A stretch of DNA of 10,963 nt from the NCBI GenBank assembly GCA_043810635.1, contig JBDRNY010000002.1, forward strand, positions 1 to 10,963, read 5' to 3'. Made by a program: the position numbers and the translations under genes. The notes beneath the pieces were generated by a model. That model was given only the letters and a program-made list of their open reading frames with translations. It had not been told where the DNA came from and did not search any database. The stretch's first letter is position 1. Each line of letters starts with the position of its first letter. This document shows, one piece after another, positions 6,365 to 10,963 of the stretch. Source of the stretch: Candidatus Micrarchaeota archaeon. Its GTDB lineage: Archaea > Micrarchaeota > Micrarchaeia > Anstonellales > Anstonellaceae.

Positions 6365-8907
6365 TGAAACTACCCAAAGCAATAGGCAGTGCATGCGCAA
6401 CCCTGATTTTTGTTTTTCTTTTGCTTGCGCCGGAAGGGCTGGCATTGGTTCCGGGGGAGTATACTGATTATGTTTATGAAACAGATTACAATTACCCGCA
6501 GGAGCCGGCCCATATTGAATTAAACTGCTCGTTTTTTTACACAGATGACAATGCATGTGATTTGCTTGAAAAAGTGCCGAACAGCTCAAAAAAGAGCATT
6601 GTTTTGGGAATGATAAGAAAGCAATATCCCGATGAAAACCAGGATTGGGTAAGGTATTGGAATAAGCTCCTGCCTGTTGGAAGATATTATGAAAACGCCA
6701 CAATAGAAGAGCTGAATATGAGCGACGGAATGCGGGGGGAAAACGGCTCTTTGAAAAATACATGGTTCCGGCTTATTCACATCTACCCCTCGGTATTTGA
6801 TGAAAAAGACGGATATTATTATGTGCCAAAGCAGGCATTGCTTCTTACAAAATCAGAAATTGATTTTGTGGTGCCAAACCCCCAGGAAGGGGAATGGTGC
6901 AAACAAAAATATGATATCAGCGGTTATGATTATGAATTGAAAACAAAAATAAAGGATTTTGAAACAACAAGCCATATAATCCCCATTTCCGGCATTCTCT
7001 GGCCTTCTGAAAAAGCAAACCTTACCCTTGAGCTTAATGCAATCGGAAAATACAGCCACAATTTGTCTGCATGGGCAAATGAAACAGAATGCGTTGGCGC
7101 AAATTGCACCATAACAACAGTATGCAAAATAAACCAAAGCAGTGATGTGGAAGACATGCTTAACCTTTCGGCGGATTTTCCGATAAAAAGATATCCAGAT
7201 GCATTTTATTATGATAATAAATTGGCAGTGCCTGCCAGGGGGTTTGCAAAAGGGATTGTGGATTTGCAATTGCCGGAAGATTTTCTTTATTACCAGATTA
7301 GTGTGAAGGGGCAGAGCTTTGTGCTGAGAAAAAATGAAATTAAAATCGTATCAAGGGGGGAGGTTTACCCCGTGCTTCAGGTAAATTTAATTTCAGCCCC
7401 TTCAAAATCAGGCACTTTGCATATAACATCATTGAATGAAAGCGTGCAGGGGGGAGTGTATAATGCGCAAATAAAATACAAAGTGTTTGTTGAAAGCCCG
7501 GATGTAAAAGAGTCTGACTGCTATTTCTATGTTTTTACCCCGTTCGGAATAAGGGAAATTGAAGATGCGTGCAGGACAATGAGGTCTAATGCAAAGCTTG
7601 AGCTTAGAATATTAAATATAAGCAATGGGGAGGCGATAGTGGTTGCAAAAGTGAGGGACCAGCTGGAAAATCCTGTGGAAGGAATTCAGGTTGAATTTTC
7701 TGGGGGGCAGAGCCCGCAGAGAAAAACAACAGATGCTGAGGGAAATACAGAAGTAATAATACTCCAGCGGGAATCCACCCAGACAATTGTTGCGGAAATA
7801 ATAGAATCGGAAAATGTTGCTGGCGCAAAAGACACTATATTTATTCCAGGCAAGGGGGCAGGCCCTGAAGGGAAAATTCAGGTGCTGGATTTGCTTTGGC
7901 AGGCCTCGCCAATACTTTTAATAATGCTAATTGTTAGCACTATGTTAATGTGGGTGATGAAAAAGCGCTCTAACACAGCTTGGGCTTTAGCGCCTCTTCT
8001 TATTATTGCAATCCTTTCCTCGAATATATTTGCACAGGAAACAGATGGAATAGATGAAATTGATGTGCAGGCAACATTGGATGCGTGCAAAAATTATGAT
8101 TTTGACAATGCAGTAAGGCATTTCGGGGAGTGTGCGGAAGCATACAGGATTTCAACGGAATTTTCCGCAATGAGAAGGACAGCTACAGTGCTTGTTGCAA
8201 ATATTGCGCCCCTTATTGTTGCAAACCCAGACATTAAGCCGTATAAGTCTGCTTATATTAATATGGTGCTTATTGCACTTGCATTGTTCAGGGTTGCGTG
8301 GGCATTTAATTCATTGTATTTGATATTAAACATATTCAACCCCACAAAGCGCTCCCAGGCGCTTAACCAATACATGTGGCTTATTGTGTTTGTTATTTTT
8401 GTATATGCCTCGTTTTCAATAGTGCAGGATACAATATCCGCGGTAAATTCAGTATCTACATGGATTGTTGGCACAGATGCGGCAAGCACCCTTTCCCAGG
8501 CAACCCTTTCAGCAGAATTTATTGTTGAAAATTATGAAATGCTTAAATTAATGCTTCCTTTCCTTAATTTGTCATACTTAATTCTGCTTGCAAGGTATAT
8601 TACGGTTATAGGGATGATTTTGTTTTTCCCATTTAGTTTGCTCTTGTTTTTCACATCTGCAACAAGAGGGTTTGGAAAAGCTGCGCTTACAGTAACATTT
8701 GCAGCGCTTGGGCTGGGGGTGCTTAACGCGATTTTATTGCTTATATATAATATATTGCTGAAAACATCAGACCCTGCGCTTAGCGGAAGTTTTGCAACAA
8801 CATTCTTTTCCGCATCATTTATTGTATTTTTCGGATTTGTAAATTTGGTGGTGCTGTTGATAGCATTTTTCTCAGGAATTGTGTTTATAGGGAGGGGGAA
8901 TAGCTGA
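6364..8907 (+). CDS. Surface domain (Ig-like) fused to a VirB6/TrbL-like polytopic membrane domain
   Basis: Signal peptide, then about 480 aa predicted extracellular with many N-X-S/T sequons and Cys residues. Big_1-like motif VRDQLENPVEGIQVEF...TTDAEG. A TM hairpin follows, then about 6 TM helices including LLARYITVIGMILFFPFSLLLFFTSATRGFGK, which resembles the VirB6-like R-x9-P pattern. Confidence 0.65.
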   Translation: MKLPKAIGSACATLIFVFLLLAPEGLALVPGEYTDYVYETDYNYPQEPAHIELNCSFFYTDDNACDLLEKVPNSSKKSIVLGMIRKQYPDENQDWVRYWNKLLPVGRYYENATIEELNMSDGMRGENGSLKNTWFRLIHIYPSVFDEKDGYYYVPKQALLLTKSEIDFVVPNPQEGEWCKQKYDISGYDYELKTKIKDFETTSHIIPISGILWPSEKANLTLELNAIGKYSHNLSAWANETECVGANCTITTVCKINQSSDVEDMLNLSADFPIKRYPDAFYYDNKLAVPARGFAKGIVDLQLPEDFLYYQISVKGQSFVLRKNEIKIVSRGEVYPVLQVNLISAPSKSGTLHITSLNESVQGGVYNAQIKYKVFVESPDVKESDCYFYVFTPFGIREIEDACRTMRSNAKLELRILNISNGEAIVVAKVRDQLENPVEGIQVEFSGGQSPQRKTTDAEGNTEVIILQRESTQTIVAEIIESENVAGAKDTIFIPGKGAGPEGKIQVLDLLWQASPILLIMLIVSTMLMWVMKKRSNTAWALAPLLIIAILSSNIFAQETDGIDEIDVQATLDACKNYDFDNAVRHFGECAEAYRISTEFSAMRRTATVLVANIAPLIVANPDIKPYKSAYINMVLIALALFRVAWAFNSLYLILNIFNPTKRSQALNQYMWLIVFVIFVYASFSIVQDTISAVNSVSTWIVGTDAASTLSQATLSAEFIVENYEMLKLMLPFLNLSYLILLARYITVIGMILFFPFSLLLFFTSATRGFGKAALTVTFAALGLGVLNAILLLIYNILLKTSDPALSGSFATTFFSASFIVFFGFVNLVVLLIAFFSGIVFIGRGNS

Positions 8908-10963
8908 TGCCGGGGTACAGGACAATTCCTACAAAGGATACGTTTGATGTGGACGAAAAGCTCGGGGGAATGATTACTGTAAAACAGCTTGCATACATAT
9001 TAGTCAGCTTTGTAATTACTTATGCATCATTCGTGGTTTCAAACGAAACCATGGGAGGTTCCTCGGATTCTATATTTATTTGGGGCACGGTGCTTTTCCT
9101 TTCTTTGATGTTTACTTTTGGAAATGTTGACAAATGGATTATTGCAAGGGTTGGGTATTATTTCACTTCAAACCATGCAAGGCTTGAAAAAAATCCGAAT
9201 TTGCTCAGGAATGTGAGGGCTGAGGAGGAAGATAAAATAATCACTCTTGACGGGAGGGTTGCTGCGGTTCTTAAAGTGACTCCGATTAATTTCCCGCTTC
9301 TTTCAGATGACGCAAAAGAGGGGAAAATTGCCGCATATGAAACATATTTGCGCCAGCTTGTCTACCCTATAATGCATTTGGTGCATTCTGATGAGGTGGA
9401 CACAAGCGGGTATTTTTCAATAACAGCAAGGGATGCTGGAATGACCGAAAAAAAAGGCATAAAAAAAATGGAGGAATATGCGGACAGCCACATAAAATTC
9501 CTGAAAACCTATTTGAAAAGAAACAAGTCCAGGACAAAAAACCATTATGTTGTGCTGCAGGTGCAGGACCCGAGGTTTAAAACCCATGTAAAAAGCCCGG
9601 AAGCGGGCTCTTTCAGGAAGCTTTACATAAATATTAATGCATTTTTAACAGAATTCCGGCTGCTTAATTTGTTTTACGGCGGGAAAATATTCGGAAGGCC
9701 GCCTAATTTTGTGCAAATAGACGAAGTGGGGGAGAGGATGATATTTGAAAACACAAATATTATTCCTGAAGAGGTTCCGGAAAGGTGCAAAAGAATAGGG
9801 CAGATATTGCAATTTGAATCTGCTGTTGCAATGCTGAAATATGCAAGAAAGCAGAGGAAAAAATATTATTATGGAAAAGCTGATTTGAGCACCATGCTGA
9901 AAAAGCAATTCAGGGATATGCCGCTTTTGCAAAGGGAAAAAGAATTTAATATTGAAGAGAGGAGGCAGCATGTGGGAATTTCGGGCGGAAAAACAAGGTG
10001 GGCGTTTGACGAGGCGGAAAAGCACATAGTAGTGTTGTCTGACAAGCTGGAAGCCGCGGGATTGCATGTGAAAAGGGTGAGGGGGGAGGAATTGTACGGC
10101 GGAAAGCACATGAACCTTACCCGCGCGAGCAAGATAAAAGTGACTCCGGAATATATGAAAGTGGATAATACATACATGAATGTTGTTTATGCAACCGGGT
10201 ACCCCTACCAGGTGAATTTGGGCTGGCTTTCAAACATTGTGGACGGAAGGGAGGATTATGATTTGACAATGTATGTTTACCCTGTAGGAATAAATGAAGC
10301 CATCAGGACATTCAGGAGCGCAATATTGAAATTGTCAACAGAAAAAAAGGCAAGGGCGGATTATCTTGACCCTGAAACAGAGCAGCATTTGGATGATGTT
10401 ACCAAATTTTACACAAACATCGTTTCAGGAAAAGAAAAATATTTCCAGGCATCCATTTATATTACATCAAAAGCGAGCAGCCCGAAAAATTTGGATACTG
10501 TGCTTGAAAAATGCAAGTCTGATTTGGCGGGAGCGTCAATAGACTACAGGATTGCGAATTACAATATGACAAGGGCTGTATTTTCAACAAGATTGACTGG
10601 GTATGATTTGATAGGGAAGAAAAGGGAATTTCCCTCCTCTTCGCTTGCGGCAACATTTCCCCACATTTCCTCCTCGCTTGAAATTGACAATGACGGCATG
10701 TTTTTTGCATTTGACTGGATGGATGCGCCAATAATACTTGATTTGAGGAAGCTGCCCAACCAGCACATATCAATTTTGGGTGAATCGGGCTCCGGAAAAT
10801 CTTATTTTGCAAAAAGCATTTTGCCAAGGTATTTGATGAAAGGGTACAGGATGTTTGTTACAGACCCGGACGGGGAGTATGTCAAGCTTGCAGAGCATTT
10901 CGGGGGGACGGTGTCAAGCGTCGGGCCAAAGCACGGCACATACATAAATCCGTTTGAATTGAG
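8907..10963 (+). CDS. virB4: VirB4-like ATPase with fused N-terminal PrgI/VirB3-like and TraC-like modules (3' truncated by window)
   Basis: Hand translation from ATG 8907 (TGATG overlap) is open for 685 codons to the window end: MPGYRTIPTKDTFDVDEKLGGMITVKQLAYIL + 2 TM; LKVTPINFPLLS...YLRQLVYPI; GYPYQVNLGWLS; SSSLAATFPH; NQHISILGESGSGKS (Walker A at 10779-10802); DPDGEY; INPFE. Absent from the ORF track because no stop codon lies in the window. Confidence 0.88.
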   Translation, partial: MPGYRTIPTKDTFDVDEKLGGMITVKQLAYILVSFVITYASFVVSNETMGGSSDSIFIWGTVLFLSLMFTFGNVDKWIIARVGYYFTSNHARLEKNPNLLRNVRAEEEDKIITLDGRVAAVLKVTPINFPLLSDDAKEGKIAAYETYLRQLVYPIMHLVHSDEVDTSGYFSITARDAGMTEKKGIKKMEEYADSHIKFLKTYLKRNKSRTKNHYVVLQVQDPRFKTHVKSPEAGSFRKLYININAFLTEFRLLNLFYGGKIFGRPPNFVQIDEVGERMIFENTNIIPEEVPERCKRIGQILQFESAVAMLKYARKQRKKYYYGKADLSTMLKKQFRDMPLLQREKEFNIEERRQHVGISGGKTRWAFDEAEKHIVVLSDKLEAAGLHVKRVRGEELYGGKHMNLTRASKIKVTPEYMKVDNTYMNVVYATGYPYQVNLGWLSNIVDGREDYDLTMYVYPVGINEAIRTFRSAILKLSTEKKARADYLDPETEQHLDDVTKFYTNIVSGKEKYFQASIYITSKASSPKNLDTVLEKCKSDLAGASIDYRIANYNMTRAVFSTRLTGYDLIGKKREFPSSSLAATFPHISSSLEIDNDGMFFAFDWMDAPIILDLRKLPNQHISILGESGSGKSYFAKSILPRYLMKGYRMFVTDPDGEYVKLAEHFGGTVSSVGPKHGTYINPFEL

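Noticed and set aside
5996..10827. Minus-strand ORFs, including 5996-6763 and 9645-10109
   Set aside because: Antisense to the coupled plus-strand operon, with implausible composition.

Overview
This looks like an archaeal window (GGTGA/GGAGG ribosome-binding sites, TATA boxes, TIGR00288-type NYN protein), probably from a DPANN lineage such as Micrarchaeota; the taxonomy is inferred. Left end: tRNA-Arg-like 3' fragments interrupted by a 4-hairpin cassette, then a type IV toxin-antitoxin pair (AbiEi/AbiEii-like) with a 21-bp-arm inverted repeat across its predicted transcription start. Middle, minus strand: GH57 amylase, GT4 glycosyltransferase, a tandemly duplicated diverged copy of the NYN gene 3' end, an NYN-domain protein and TatD. 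Right, plus strand and divergent from tatD: a tightly packed type IV secretion/conjugation-like operon. It encodes a VirB2-like pilin, a second small 2-TM protein, an 847-aa surface-domain + VirB6-like fusion, and a >685-aa ORF missing from the ORF track (8907 to window end) that appears to fuse PrgI/VirB3-like, TraC-like and VirB4 ATPase modules. All family calls come from motif recognition by eye; no database searches were run.
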